From Trichoplax sp. H2 (lineage: Eukaryota), in NCBI GenBank assembly GCA_003344405.1, contig NOWV01000288.1:1-64000 (forward strand): a DNA stretch of 64,000 bases, read 5' to 3'. The position numbers and the translations under genes were made by a program. The notes below the pieces were generated by a model. It was given only the letters and a program-made list of their open reading frames with translations, was not told where the DNA came from and made no database searches. This document shows, piece after piece, positions 40,511-55,375 of this stretch. Each line of letters starts with the position of its first letter. Position 1 is the stretch's first letter.

Positions 40511-42634
40511 AAATATTTTTATATACTCTGTACATTAAATCACGCTAATAGGGTGAACTCAGTAAATTCTTTTAATCAAGTCCATATTGATGAGCGACTT
40601 TTGGAAATTGATTATTTTCTTAGGTCAAATATCATAAATTTATTTTATTGTATTTTAGTTATTATGTGAACCGCTTGTATTCAAGCGAGAGTATTCAAGC
40701 TAGAATACAAGCCAGTTAACTACTTCAGTATTTATTATTTTCATAACTCAAATTAGCAATAGCGCCTGAAAAAAATCTGAGCCATAAATGGATAATTACG
40801 TATTTACGTTCTATTAAACAGCTAACTCTCTGAGAAAGCTAATTTACTAAATGGCAATTATCCGGTAATTGATCCAATTATTGTACCTATTTTGCTACAT
40901 TAATGATTAATTAGTTCGATATGGAAGTGCAGGTTATAGAAAGTTGAACGAATATAATGATAATTTATTAATTATTCCGTGTATGAAGTACTAAAATCTA
41001 TATGTGGAGTTTTACTCAAGTGCTATGATCAATTCGGGGTATTCCAGCTAATGCTTTTCAGCATTACTTGACGAATACTACTATAGTAAATTATGAACAA
41101 GACAGGATTCTACATAGAAGTGTTAGCTTCCAATACTGACAAGAAAGTAAAAGCAATGCATTATGTCAGGTTATTATTTAGCAGTAGTAAATCGGGTTTA
41201 GAAATATTAGATGAAATAATGAAAATCCAAGACAAAAAAATTTGCTATGATGAAACTGTAAAGGTCATAGTTACAATTTTAATCATTTTAATTGCAATAA
41301 CTTGGTGAATAATGGTACGAGAATTGCCAATATCAGATTTTGGGAGAGGTGACGATCTGATTTTCCTTTTGATTTCAAAAGCATGATGACATAACTGTAA
41401 GTAGAGGATTAGATATTATCTTGCCAGGGATTTGTATTATGGGTCATACGAAGCTATTGTATGCATTGAATGATTTAATATCGCATATATAAGGGTATTT
41501 TAGATTATTTTAGCTGTATCAGTGATAGATATATTAAGACAAACTCCAGTTAGTCTAATAGTCGTGATAGTGATAGCTTACATTTTTGTTTGCTAAAACG
41601 GATTCTATTCTCGCCGAATGATTTATTGCGAGATAGCACTTTATACTTTGAGCAGTAAACAAACGGAGAACATTGGTTAAGATACTGTAATAGTAAAAAA
41701 GCTAACCTGGCTAGTAAACTTCAATGCAGATGGATTAAGCGAAAAATAATCTAACGACGATTCTGCATCGATTAATAAAATTGCAGAAAACAACAACATA
41801 ATACCTAATACGGTCATATTTGTGAATATTATGTATGATAAGGTATTAAAATGGAAATGAAAGCTTAACTTGAACTGTTTCTTAAATTTTTCAGGAGTAG
41901 TATGTTTAAATTATTTTCTTACTTAAAAGCTCTTGCTAAGTAAAACATTAAATTCATTTAAACTTGCATTAATGCAATTATACGTGATGGTGATTTTAAT
42001 GGCCTCTAATAAATTTTGAGAATTATCTGAGATATTTTTATTTATGTGTTATTAACTAGAATTTCAAAAAATGCGCTTAATTTCCGATGCCTTTATTTTA
42101 ACTATCTTCTCGCCGATTGGTGAGATTCTCCTACGGATATCTTGTTTAAAGTATGGTAGCCTGATACAAATGAACTTTAAGATTTTATTTTAAATCAATA
42201 AATTATAGCGTCCTTATCAGGAATAAATGATTTATTCTTCAATTTTCCAACTGGTAATAGGTATAAGGTGTTATATGACTTCCGTTATGATTTAATATTT
42301 GATTGAATTAAGATATCATAACCTGGATTGCTAAACCAATATCATATCTACAACATGGAAGAAATAATTATGAAAACATTTAGTCGACCTTATTAAGTCA
42401 TGCTTTCAATCTGATAGGTCTTAAAAGTACAGCTATATTCTCGCAGCTGAAACTAGGTCGATTTAATTCATTCTTTAAAGATCTAAATCATTGCTAATAC
42501 GTCTTATTGATAAAAATATTTTATTAACATAGGGAAACAAATAGAAATATGATTATTAATAGGTTTTAAGCAACAGCACAGGTACGTGTATTTAAAATTT
42601 TGTTATGTGTTGGTTTGGAAATATTTAGATCTTA

Positions 42635-43645
42635 TTATATTTTCCGACAACATCGTATCGACAATACAGCTTGACGGAATGTTTTATTATAACAGTAAAA
42701 TAAGATTGGGTTTTGAATCGTTTCTGAAGCAGTCAGTAAAGAAGTAATAGTAAGAGCAGATAGTATGCCGGTTGGGCTCTGGAATAAGGTGGCAACGGCA
42801 AACGGATCTAATGAACCTAAGACAATGGATACTGTATATAAAATCGAAGTATTAATCACGAAAGAGATTGTTGCAATCATCATCATCTTGGTAGCTTGAA
42901 TTCGACGACGATTACTGCTCCCAATACCATTGCTGCAATGATTGAGTGGAACTGGTAGAGATTTAAGTTTTTGAGTTATACGATAATAAAGCACGCAGAT
43001 TGTTGTAAGCGGTATAGGGAATGTTATAATGATATTGAAAATATGTGCCAGTAGTAGTGCCAAATTAGTATCCCGAAAGTTTTCAAGAGAACAAATATTA
43101 TTACTATTTTGAATAGGCTTAACCATTAAAACGACTGGAATCGAGGTAGATATACCGATTAACCATATAGAAATTATTACTGTATAAAGAATGAAAGGTT
43201 TGATTAATAGTGATTTAGAATTGGGCTGGAGGTTAATAGTGAAGTATCGATCGATACTAATGGTCATGAATGAAAGGGCAGAAACGGTATAAGAAGAAAC
43301 GAAACTTAAACTATTACATTGGCAAATTACGAAGTAACTCAGGCTATCAATTGGTGATCCTGTATTCTGGATAATAGAAAGGATAGTAAATAAACCGGAT
43401 GATATCATTAACATCATATCTGATATTGCCATACTGACAGATAAAATATAAGAGGGAGTGTGAAATTTTTTGTTGACATAAATAGTATAGATGAGAGTTA
43501 TATTAGCAATAAGCCCGAATAGATATAAAAGTAAAACTGCTCCATAAGCGTAAAGAGAAGGGTATATGCCTTCCATTCGGATGCTCTTGTTTGATTGGTT
43601 ATGGAAGATTCTAATTGAGTTGAAGTTTTGTATTTCTTTGAACAT
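42635..43645 (-). CDS. Intronless rhodopsin-class (class A) orphan GPCR
   Basis: 336-aa ORF with seven hydrophobic segments; GLIAN, MAISD, TM3 Cys, ISIDRY, TM4 Trp, TM5 Pro, QNPILFY; N-terminal sequons. Confidence 0.92.
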   Translation of the reverse strand: MFKEIQNFNSIRIFHNQSNKSIRMEGIYPSLYAYGAVLLLYLFGLIANITLIYTIYVNKKFHTPSYILSVSMAISDMMLMISSGLFTILSIIQNTGSPIDSLSYFVICQCNSLSFVSSYTVSALSFMTISIDRYFTINLQPNSKSLLIKPFILYTVIISIWLIGISTSIPVVLMVKPIQNSNNICSLENFRDTNLALLLAHIFNIIITFPIPLTTICVLYYRITQKLKSLPVPLNHCSNGIGSSNRRRIQATKMMMIATISFVINTSILYTVSIVLGSLDPFAVATLFQSPTGILSALTITSLLTASETIQNPILFYCYNKTFRQAVLSIRCCRKI

Positions 43646-46163
43646 GATGTAATCGTAAATCTTCTAGATACGTATTCTAAGAATTAATCCTGAAAATGCA
43701 TGGAAAAATTTCCTCGCTAGAAGTTCTCGCCAGGCCTAACCTTTTATATCGTTTCTATTTTTAAGTGTATTAGTATTACTATTTCCTGTAAGTTCCTTTA
43801 CAGATGTAAGTAAGAAAAGTAAAGATTTAGGCTATACCTTTCTATTAATATATTTTTTAATGCTTTGTATCCCGTATTCAAATATATTTAATAGCATAGG
43901 AACTAATTATTTACGGTTTGTAGTGGTTTTAATAAATTTTTAATACTAGTCATTAGATAATATATTTTACGTCTGAAGTTGGCTTGAGTTATTCTAAGGC
44001 CTATTTATAGAAGTAAAACAGCCAGGCTTGTTAAGATGTAAATTGGTCCTTCTTTTACGTAAGATTATTTATCATTGTAATTCAAACATTTTATTAACAA
44101 TCTTCAGTGGCTGCTAAATTTTTTCGGCCACATCAATTTTAAATTTGAAACTATCGCTTTATTGCGCATTATTAAGTACCGGTACCGGTAAATGCTTTAA
44201 AGTCTATTGTATTTAATTATATTATTAGTAATTCGCTGGCTGGTAGCGATAATTGGTATCGGATAGATTTCGGAAGGGACTAATTATTATCAAAAATTAA
44301 AATAGTACATCATTCAATATCCTACAAAAATTTCTATTTAACAAATTATCATATTCTGTGTGTGGTATTCTTCCAATACTATAATTTTATAGTAGATAAA
44401 TATAAATGAATTAAAATCTAAATTGAAATAAACTTTTTAATAGTGAAAGTATCGAACTAAGATTATTTCTTAAACTGAATGGAAGTAAGAAAGCAATTCG
44501 TTTGACTTCTGTTTAATTGCATCATTACTTTCGAGAAAATCATGATGGTAGCTGTTGATTCTACTTAGTAAAATTTAATTTTAGTATAGTTACACAATAC
44601 TATTGAGTATATATTTGTTCAATTGCAATGTATAACTCTGTTACTTTGCTTTACTGTCATCAATACTAGAACAATGTTATGTAACTAAAATTATTTATAA
44701 ATGAATACAGGTATAACTCTTATGGAAACTCATCCTCTCTTATTTGATAAGCAGTATTCAAATTGAAATTAGGAGCATTTTTATTTGTTTATTAGTTTCT
44801 TATGGCTTTGTAATGACACGCAACAAGGTCAAAAAGCCATATAAAGAAGCAACTATGAGTATAATAATTACTGCTTTGATGTGCACATATGATCATATTA
44901 AAGACTACATTTGAAACATAGTAAGCCTGGACGATAAGTTACTGTAAAGTAAATTTTGGTATTAATTTAGTTACAGATATATGAAATTTTGAGAAAAAAT
45001 TCGTGGTATAAATTATTCGTCTTGATTCGCAGAGTAGAACTAAAATGTTTACCTGCAATGACGATGATTGTCGCGACTGCTAGACTAGCATCGCTAGATA
45101 ATATTATTCTTAAGTATTAATATCTACAGCTATTCATAATTTGGGACAACTATCTCGTAACGTTGCTCCGGTATTTGATAGATTTATATTGTATGGTACA
45201 GACATGTTATCAGCTAACTACGTTACACTGCAGAAGGGCATCTCAAGAATGTTATCACAATGTTAGATAAGATACACGTACTCATACCAATGGTAGAGTA
45301 TATAAGGAGGAGGAAAAATTAAATAAAGGATTATTATTTTGACCACCTTAAGAAGCATTAAAGATTATCTGTTGGAGGCTCAGCGAGATTCAGCACGCTT
45401 CAATAAGAATTTCAGGCTGAGTCACGACAATGATACCGCGTAGATGTCAATTCAATCCAGAAAGCATAAACTATGATACGGTTGTAGAATTTTCGTCTCG
45501 TTACATTGTTATCTATTGCAAACTGTAAGTTAGATCTCGATCAATAAATTTTAAATAAAGAGCGCCGGTAACTAAGCATCTTTGAATTTTTACTTGAGTT
45601 ACGTCAATCGGATAATTAATATAATTTGATATATGACTGCTATTATCTGGTATTATATATGATATAATTTATTTATGGTGATCAGAAGCATTATTTATTT
45701 CAGTGTGTAGATTATTGTGGCAATAAATTGAGAGACAGTACGTGCTTGATCCCTTGAAAATAAAAGCGATGCTCTATTACAAGTAAACGCTTCGAGGATC
45801 ACACTATTATGAATTTAAATTTAATTCGGTGGTCTAATTTTTAGAAGTAAGTTCAATCTGAGCTAATATCAAACAAATTCTTATAAAATATCTCTTTGGA
45901 AATACTAAACTTTTCATTTTTTTGTCATCGCTTTTGTAATTATATTACAAGTATACGATATAATTCAATCACAGAATAGTACAACTAGTAAACTTGATTA
46001 ATTTTATTAAATTTGAACTTATTTATAAATTTCATTAATCTGATTTAAGTTTATCAATCGAAGTTATAACGTATTTAGAAGCATACTATGAAGGCATAAA
46101 TATTATAATACTCGCAAACATTTAGAAGGATATTTTCTGTTCTATTCTAGCCTAATAATTGAT

Positions 46164-47123
46164 TTATTTCATTATGCTGGCTGATATCGTAATTGGTGCT
46201 TTCTTTCTAAAATTATGTAAAATTCCGTGGTGTAAGCTTTTATGAAATATTATAAACAGTATAAGATTTTACTTAGACTGTATTGAACTTAAAAGTAATA
46301 TAATTGAAAAGATGACGAAAATGCTATGACTTTGAGGTAATAATATTAGCTGAATCAGTGATATTCTTGAAGATACCCTAACGATTCAGGCGAAAAATAT
46401 TGGTGTAGATACCACTACATAAGCAACTGTCGCAATTATAATTGTTTTAATCAAATACATTTGACTCTTCTGATGTTGCGACTGATACTATTTTGTGAGG
46501 TTATATTTATCTTTTTGATAACCATATAATACTTGGAAAATACAATAAATAAAATTATTGAATAGCTCATCATAAACATAAATATGTGCATGAAAAATAC
46601 AGCATAATTAACATTGTCATTATATAGTCGCAAATCGCAAAAGAGAGGAAATTTTGTATTTGTATTTGTGAATCATATAAATCATGTAGATATTTAAGGA
46701 TCTACAAGCCAATCTAATTACAATTATAGTTATCATCAAGGCCAATTATTGATTAAAAATAGATTTAGTTCCAGGAGCGCCAACTATGGTGAAATATCGT
46801 TCTATAATGATTGCCACGAAAGATGAGGAAGAGATTGTAAGTGCTGGTGATACCATATACAAATTTAGCTAGCACATACGTCTGAACAATGCTTCATTAA
46901 ATGATGAGATTTTCAGCGATGATTTAATACTCAATGGTACTACTCTCGGAATCTGGAATGCTATATTAATACCTGCCATATTTGCATCCGGAATACGTGT
47001 CATAATTCGCCATTCAGTGCTTTGATTTTCACTTTTACTTATATCGCCTGCGAAAATTGAGACTATTATTGCAGCGAAGCTTGTAGCTGATTTAAATGCT
47101 AGCGATCTGAATATGTAAAACAT
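46164..47123 (-). pseudogene. Decayed full-length GPCR paralog
   Basis: Remnant motifs in order: ANMA, C*LNLY, ALTISSSSFVAIIIERYFTI, MHIF...YYMVIKKIN, TIIIATVAY, NLILFIIFHKS. Multiple stops and frameshifts. Confidence 0.75.
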
Positions 47124-50100
47124 CTGACATGATATCTTATTAATTCAGTAAAAAATGGCAGGACTATCTCCTTTCAATCATCTACCTAAGATTTAGATAT
47201 AACGTAGTTAAAAGCTTATTTTTAGTAATACTATCACATCTCATCAATGTATTGTAAGAATAAGCTAAAATTACCAACGCATGATTGATTTATAATATAA
47301 TCATCACTTCTAATGACAGTATGACAAAAAATTCTTCATTATACCAAACTATAAAGTAATATCGATTAGCATCTCAAGGTCTTAATATTTTCGTTGCTAT
47401 TAAAAGCTACAAAACCATAGCGTAAGCATCGCAAATAAAAGAATTTATAAAAATCTTACAATCGAAGGTTCTCTTGAACTGTTAATATACAAACTTATAA
47501 TTTTTAATTTTAATCTAAATGTTTATGCCGTATTAAATTATTTTAATAAAAATTTTAAATCTTCAATCAAAATATGAGGGCGTTGTCCTCCGTTGCTTGA
47601 TAATACTCGCCACGTTATCAATATTTAATTTTACCTAAAACTAAAGTTAAAGTTATTAAGTAATACCAAGGTTTACTTTATTTCAAGCGTTTGGTGCCTC
47701 GGTTGTAATTTGGTATTAACTACTGTATATGCAGTATACTTTAACTTAGTTCTGTTACGAATACGTACGGATATCATCCTGCTGTGCAACATAAGATAGG
47801 ATAACCGTATTGGTACTTGTTATCATAAGAGAACTATATCCAGTAAGGTGATCTGGTTTATCTGTATTCAACCAATAGCCGAAAGACTACATATCTATAA
47901 CTGTGCTTATTATGCAAAGAAGCTCTCCAAGGTTTCTAGTGATGAGAGACTCTCTATGTAGCGAAGTTCGCGAGATTTCGATTGTGGAGAGCATTAGTGG
48001 TATATAACCTCATACATTGCTAAAAGTAGTTCTAATTCTATTTGGATAGAAGTTAATAAACGTAACTTGTGAAGATTACACAAGTATTACTTCATCCCTG
48101 AGTCTTTACCGGAGTACCTCGACGTCAAGTCACATTTACATAGATATACATCAAGGGCTACAATTATAACAGCCTGTTATATTTAATAATGAGTTTACAG
48201 AATTACCTGTTATGAGCTTACTGAACAGTACTGTACACTCATAAAGTATAGTATTAGTAATACTCGTACAGTCTATATAACATAGTATTATTTCATTTCG
48301 CAAGTTAAAGTTAGACTTGTCTGTTTGCACTATGTCGCACCGATATATGATATACGATTATGCATATCGTACAATACTGTATATCGATAGTATTACAGGA
48401 TTATGAACCATGTATAAAGGGGAGATCTTGGTTAGGACTCTAGATTATGAGTTTAGTCTAGTAAGACCGCAGAGTTTGCGAAAGTGCACAGTTATAATTG
48501 TTCACTCGAAGTATAGAAACGGTATGTAAAGGTAGGTACGGAAATTTAAATGTGTTAAATGTCTAAATTAATTGCGAGAAGAAAAGACAGAGTAACGTAT
48601 CTGCATAAATTCCCTAGTAAACTGCCTTCTAATAATATCGCTAAATTTTTAAAATAATCAGAAGCAAAACTAGAATTTAAGCTATTTAGATCGTATTAAA
48701 AAAGAATTGTATTAGTTGAAATAAATACATGTTGAATTAGAAAGAGTAATTTTGTTCAAAATGAAATGTCGTGCGCATTACGATCCAGTTAATTTAATCA
48801 TAAATAAATACACAATATTACGGTTGTATTGTAAAGTACATCAAAGTGCAAAATGAACTTTAATTTTCCAGTAAGTTTCACTGTATTAAATAAGTTGGAA
48901 TATCTACTAGGCTGCTGTAAGACAGTGTAATACTGTATTCTAAGTTGATGATATATTTAGTAATATCTACTGTAGTTATTGTGTTCAACGTGTGATAGAT
49001 ATTCTGTTAGTTGCTTAAATATTAAATATAGCAAGCTTAGTAACTGAATTTTGAAGAAGAGTGCTACAGTGCTCACACTAGAACTTCACATCTAAGGTAT
49101 AAACTATCATGTATTTGAGATGTTAATACTGAAGTGTGTAGTAAGTAAGGTACTAAGATTGTTAACGCGGAAAAGTATATAAGCGAGTAGTTTAGTATAG
49201 TAACATAGTTATTTCTCGTTAGAGGTCCTCAGCTGATCGATTACGTTGTATTTTTGTAAAAGAGATTTTGTTCAATAAGTCTTAATTTTCGAAAGTCTTG
49301 AAGATTCTTGATTGATCAACCTTACAGCTGCAAAGAACTGTCTATCTTTAGCCTAATGTCAAATTTATTAGAGCAAAATCTGCAACTCAAGCAGTAAATG
49401 CTACAAATTGATTTAGATGTATTATTATTCCAATCAGGCCGCACAGTCATATCTAAATTTACTATTGTACTAACTATTAATAACTAACGCTTTCATTTGA
49501 AGTATTACAATCATTTTTTCGCAATATTGAGTAACTTAATGTAATCTATTAATATATCAAGTTTTATTAAGAATGCCGCATGTACATCGTTATAGAAATA
49601 CTACTATACTTATTATACTCATCGGTCCCGTCTATGAATAGAAACTTGTACAATCTGATAATATAACATATTATTTTAACGATTTTTACTAAGCAAGTCA
49701 ATATCATAGTCTTTATAGCGATATTCCCACTTAAGTTAATACTGTAGCTGATTCTGACGTGCAGTCAGTATCGTTATTTTTAGTATTTTAATAACACGAT
49801 AAGAATAGATTACTATTAAAATAGCATTAAATTTCTACTATCTTCAAAATATGTTAGCACAAAATAGCTGGAGCATTTTATTTATCATATAAAGCTCAAG
49901 AACTAAGATCCTAAAAAAGTTATGGTCTTTTTTTAGAGATGTTGATGCTCACAGTATTCAGTGTTACAAGTATAGGAAATGTCATGATTTATCGTTCTTG
50001 CAAGGAATTCAAAAACTATCATAATTCAACATCACAACTTTATTTGAAAAATAAAAACTTTTAAACGATATATACGACGTATAATGCTACCATACTACCT

Positions 50101-51285
50101 AACATCGTTGTAAACAATTTAATTCATTCTATTATTGATCGTTTTGGGCGATTATGAATATATTTATCATTAACCAATGATACTAGTTATAATATTAGCA
50201 TACGCGTTTGTTAGTAATTTCTATAGAAATTAGCGAAAATGGGAATCGGAGAAAATTCAGTTTTCATTTAATAATCAGGGACTTTTCCTATTAGAAATTT
50301 GCAGTAATTGTCTCTAACATCTGGCTCTATCTAGTGTTACTTGACTACCGTTGAATGTCTTATGATCGGATAACCTTCTGTCTAGTAGACCTACTGGAAA
50401 GAAGTTGGAATTCGAATTGTAACAAACCTGTCTTGTAAACTCTTTTTGATTGAATTGAACAAAAACATTGTGGCAACAGAATTTATTACTAATTTTTCAT
50501 CAATTTGAGATACCGCGCACGGTAATAGCATACAAGGTTCTGGTAGAAAGGTACAATTTCTTATAACAATAACGTCAGATCTTAAAAATCGAGAACTAAG
50601 AACTAAATCTAAAATTCTTACTACACAAAGATCGTGAACACGATTCTTAAGTTTACGTCAGATGAACTTACTAGATACAGTATACGAACAAGAATCTCGG
50701 ATTAGCGTAACCTTCAAATAGGATGAAATTAACGTGGATTTCGTATTATTTTTGAGCTATATCTAATTTACTCCAGCACAAATTTTGATAACAATAACTT
50801 ATCTCGCAGCCTTACTGTATAAATAAAGTAACTAATTAAAACCTGACTAATCTAAAAATATCAATATTTTACGAAATATCATTTTATAAGCTTCGTAGAG
50901 CTGGTGGAACTAACAGTAATTACATTAATTACTGATCATCTGTTAAATTTATTCCAGCGATCTTGTTATCGGAACAACAGTATTTACAAACTTATGCCAC
51001 TAATGCTCTAAATGTTTCTCAAAAAAAGGATCTAAAACTAATAAAACCACTGTTAAGAATGCTTGTTATTCTGATCTATTCAACTATAGAAAAGCTAGTA
51101 CCTTAAGGAACATTAAACACTAAAATTTAGCTATTAAAGTTATACCCTACTCTATATTATGACAAAAATCTTTACCATCTAAAAAATATAACAAATTGAT
51201 CAATTCCTAATATTATCCAAGAATCTATTAAGTCATAAAATCTTCAGTCTCGCTTCTTTGTTGACTAATTTTTAAAGGAATGCTT

Positions 51286-52245
51286 TCAATCAGGTATGAT
51301 TTGCTGGTGTTTAAATAAAGATATCGCGGCCGCTCGAAAAGTTTTATTGTATAGCATGTATATTATCGGATTTTGAATCAATGATAGATTGAGAATGATT
51401 GCACTCATAGTTATCCAGACAGCAATGGCCGGATTTTTAATAAGTAGTTCTGTTAAATGGATTTTTAAACTGCCAAAGATTAGCAGGTTAGTAGTCATTA
51501 TGGTATTATTGATCATAAAGATTAGAGTAGCTATGATCATCATTTTGGTTGCATGAATTTGACGATTAGTATGTGATGAACGATTTAAATTCGTGGCCTG
51601 TGATTTTGCTATTAGCCTAATCTTCCGAATAACGTGATAATATAAGTATGTGACTGTAATTAAGGGCAGCGGATATGTTAATATCACTGCGAAGTAGCGA
51701 AAAATTAGGAGTGTGGTATCCGTATTACGGAATAATATTAAATCACAAGCGTAGTTATAGCTTAGATTAGCCTTTATCAAGAAAATCACAGGAATCGCTG
51801 ACGTACAGCTAACAATCCAAATAGCAATAATAACCATAATTAGAAATGTAGGTTTCTGCAATGATGATTTCTTGTTATGTTCAGCCATAATAGTAATGTA
51901 GCGGTCGATACTGATTACTGTAAATGAAAGTGCTGAAATTAAAGAGGAGCAATTATATCCGTAATAGTTCCATTGACATAAAATTGTATAATCCGATTCA
52001 GTAAGTAATGACATCTGCAGTTGTAAAACGTTAAACATGCTGTAAAAAGCAGTAAATAACTGTCCTAAGATATCAGAAACAGCCATATTAGCAGATAAGA
52101 TATATGAAGGTGTATGAAAATTCTTAGTGTTGTATATGGTTGCTAAAAGAACACAATTAGCAAATATTCCTGCTAAAGATATCGGGATGATAGCAATATT
52201 TCCTAAATATGTCGACGAAAAATTTGGTGATCTGCTTTGATTCAT
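51286..52245 (-). CDS. Intronless rhodopsin-class orphan GPCR (first ATG at 52245)
   Basis: GIFAN, FHTPSYILSANMAVSD, ISIDRY, QNPIIY, YNKTFR; seven TM segments. Confidence 0.92.
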   Translation of the reverse strand: MNQSRSPNFSSTYLGNIAIIPISLAGIFANCVLLATIYNTKNFHTPSYILSANMAVSDILGQLFTAFYSMFNVLQLQMSLLTESDYTILCQWNYYGYNCSSLISALSFTVISIDRYITIMAEHNKKSSLQKPTFLIMVIIAIWIVSCTSAIPVIFLIKANLSYNYACDLILFRNTDTTLLIFRYFAVILTYPLPLITVTYLYYHVIRKIRLIAKSQATNLNRSSHTNRQIHATKMMIIATLIFMINNTIMTTNLLIFGSLKIHLTELLIKNPAIAVWITMSAIILNLSLIQNPIIYMLYNKTFRAAAISLFKHQQIIPD

Positions 52246-53736
52246 ATCGAATAAACTATGCACATTTAACTGCAACGCGTTTAGGAATTATTTACAATAT
52301 TCAGGACGCAAAATGTCTACCATTCCTGGTTATATTATTAATAGGGTCGAAGGCAGCTTCCAGTTCACTTCTACGCATGTAATAGCTGGGCTTCATCTCA
52401 ATCTATTTACCGATTTAATGACTATGTGAGTCTTTGGGTAGCAATTCTCGAACTATAATTCCTAAATCTTTTTGAGCCTTTTATAATGGTTGTTTAAATA
52501 TTCTTGTTTGATTGGTGAAAATTTTACCAATAAAGATAACAAGAGAATCAACTCATTGACTTATAACAACTGTTATAGCTATAATTTCAAACAAATAACT
52601 GCCAACATTTCCCAGGAAGTTAATCACAAGCAGAGCATTGTCAAGTTTATTCAAGATATGAAGAATTGAAATCGTTTCATTAATTAAGATTCTGAAATTA
52701 ATTAGGAGCATAAAAGAATTTAGTTTACGTGATATTTGGGCAACTGTCGAAGTTTTCTATTAAGTAATTAAGCCTAATTTCCTTCGCTATTGGCAATTTA
52801 ATTTTCTACATATGGTACTCATATTTATTATACATTTTCGTGTACATATCTACATTTCATCAAACTGAAACTTAAATTTACAATCATACAAGATATTATC
52901 AGACTTACATGATAATTATTATGCGGTAAATAAATCTGCGTTGGGTATGAGTGTTCCTTTAAGCACGTTTACATATTTTACAGCGAAGTATCTAATTCAT
53001 AAATTTAAGTATAGCATATGCTAATATTTTATTAATAAAAAATTTCTTGACATCCATTTTTATTTGTTTCTCAGTTATTGACGGCAGCCCATAATGAACA
53101 TTTATGAGGTTAGCGTTTTAGCAGCTAGTAATTACATACCGTTTATCTCAATAAAAGTTATTTAGAATAAGTTCACATTCAGTCGAGAATTGATTTTAGC
53201 ACTATGAATATTTCTTTGGGTAAAAATATTATACGAGTATAATTTTACGCTATACATCATTTATTATACCACTTTACTCAATGGGATGTATTCCAGCTTA
53301 TAAATTGTACTTTATGTTTAATTCAATATTCCATTAGCTAACGTATTATTGTCTCAATGGAAAACTTGTGATACCTTAGCTAACGTTTATTATACACAGT
53401 GGTAGCACGTATCTTTAGCGTGTGACAAACCCTGCTTTTCTTTACTAATGGATCAGTTAATATCGAATAAATTTGCTAATAAACTATAATTCGCGTTTGA
53501 GGATTACAAGATTAAGATGATCTCTTAGAAAAATTTAAGAAGAGGAATATCTTCTCATTTCTTGATTACGGATGTATTCAACGATCTGTATTTGCTAGAG
53601 TATTTGTCTGGCTATCTAATAGGATGCTTTAATGCATACCAAAACGTGCATTTTCCTATCTACTAACGTAATATAATACTATCATATTGCATTTAAACAA
53701 TCAAGAAATTTGTGAAAAATAAATCACAAATCAGTA

Positions 53737-54724
53737 TTAAGGTCTCTTGCAAATCCGTAAGAAATGTTGACGAAAGCTACGATTGTAAACGAAAAATAGA
53801 ACAGGGTTTTGGAAAGATGTCGATGTTACGAGTATATTTATTGTCATAAGGAAGGCTATAACAAGTGAATTTCTAGAGGCTACCTCCAGGATTGGTATAT
53901 TTGATGTGCCAAGCAATAAAGATAGAATATAAAATGGTAGCGTACATAACATGTATATTATGGTAGCCAGGATCATCATTTTGGTAGCTCGGATTTGAGG
54001 ATGATGATTTGACTCGCCTTGTGCATTAGTATGCTGAAGCATCGTTGAAGAATTTATTCGTTTAATGACATGATAGTAACAATATATTGCAATTACTAAT
54101 GGAATAGGAAATGATATTATGTTATGAATATATAGAGCAATTGCAGCTGCTTGAGAAACATTATTAATATTTTGGAAACTGCATAAGAAGTAAATTTCTT
54201 TACTAGATTGAATCATAGAAATAACAGGAATACTAAAGCAAAGTCCAATGATCCAAATGACAGTTATAGTCGCAGATAATATTTTTACTTTTTGAAATGG
54301 CGAGCCCGAACTTTTCTTTCCAGTAATTGTCAAATGTCTATCAATACTTATGGTCATAAATGATAAAGAGGATATTGTAAGTGATGCTACAAAGCCGTAT
54401 AAATTTCCTTGACAAATAATTTGGAAGCTAGATAAATTAAAACTAGCATTTCTTAATTGAATCGCATTAAATATGGTGTAAATAAATGCGAAAATTAAGA
54501 CCATGATATCTGAGATTGCCATATTTACCGATAAAATATACGACGGTGTATGAAATTTCTTTGTTCTATAGATAGTAATAATCAATTGAATATTGATGAT
54601 AATTCCAAATATATGAATCGAGCCTAAAATAGCGGGAGTAACTACCGATCCAGTGATTAATTGCGTTTGATTTAAAGGGAACCTTGTAGCAGTGTTGTTA
54701 ACTTGCACTAAATTTTTATCCGCC
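53737..54724 (-). CDS. Intronless rhodopsin-class orphan GPCR, separated from its ATG (55382-55380) by an insertion in this haplotype
   Basis: Open 7-TM frame (GIIIN, MAISD, IDRH, QNPVLFF). The true N-terminus MADKNLVQ is seen intact in the empty allele at 55032. Confidence 0.88.
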
Positions 54725-55375
54725 TGTTAATTCCTTTTTAGTTCGTTAGTCGGTTAGATAGTCAACTAGTTTTTCAATTGATATTTAATTGTAAAGACTA
54801 TAATCTTGGGTGCCAAGATTCCTTCAGTAATAAATGATAGTAAATCTCTGACTATCTCGTCTNNNNNNNNNNNNNNNNNNNNAATAATCAATTGAATATT
54901 GATGATAATTCCAAATATATGAATCGAGCCTAAAATAGCGGGAGTAACTACCGATCCAGTGATTAATTGCGTTTGATTTAAAGGGAGCCTTGTAGCAGTG
55001 TTGTTAACTTGCACTAAATTTTTATCCGCCATTCTGCAAATTTGTGAAAATATTCCAAGTTTGAGTTTATTTTTGGGTGCTTACTTTAATGCAGTTTGCA
55101 ATTAAAAAAATGCTACGGTACACGAAACATTATATGCATTTAAATTATGTTCTCGTTCTCTTGCAACGTTTTTAAATACAACTAGAGTTTAAGTTAAAGA
55201 TTTGAAGCCAATTACCGCCNNNNNNNNNNNNNNNNNNNNAATTATACCATAGTATTCGGTTGTTGGAACTGAACTATTTGGTGATATAGCTAATCTCGCC
55301 TCTTTAAGTTAGTAAGTGGCGTTCTACGCAAGGATTGGCGTGTGTAGACTACTTTGTCACTAGTGGTGTGTGACA
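54725..55375 (+). mobile_element. LTR-like element (probable ~293-bp solo LTR) split by assembly gaps: 54725-54862 and 55240-55375
   Basis: Termini TGTTA...TGACA, flanked by a perfect 5-bp TSD CCGCC (54720-54724 and 55376-55380). Internal TATAAT and AATAAA. Further copies at the window start. True length across the gaps is unknown. Confidence 0.8.
54883..55219 (-). other. Empty-site allele of the GPCR 5' end (alternative haplotype contig placed between N gaps)
   Basis: 54883-55030 matches 54577-54724 and 55026-55219 matches 55376-55567, joined through a single CCGCC with no insertion; a few SNPs/indels. Confidence 0.85.

Noticed and set aside
44177..44190. 14-bp palindrome TACCGGTACCGGTA (and an 8-bp-stem hairpin near 62831)
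   Set aside because: Short and isolated; compatible with chance or a micro-duplication.
54766..55032. 88-aa ORF suggesting a separate short GPCR
   Set aside because: Chimera across an N gap, joining the empty-allele GPCR start to LTR sequence.
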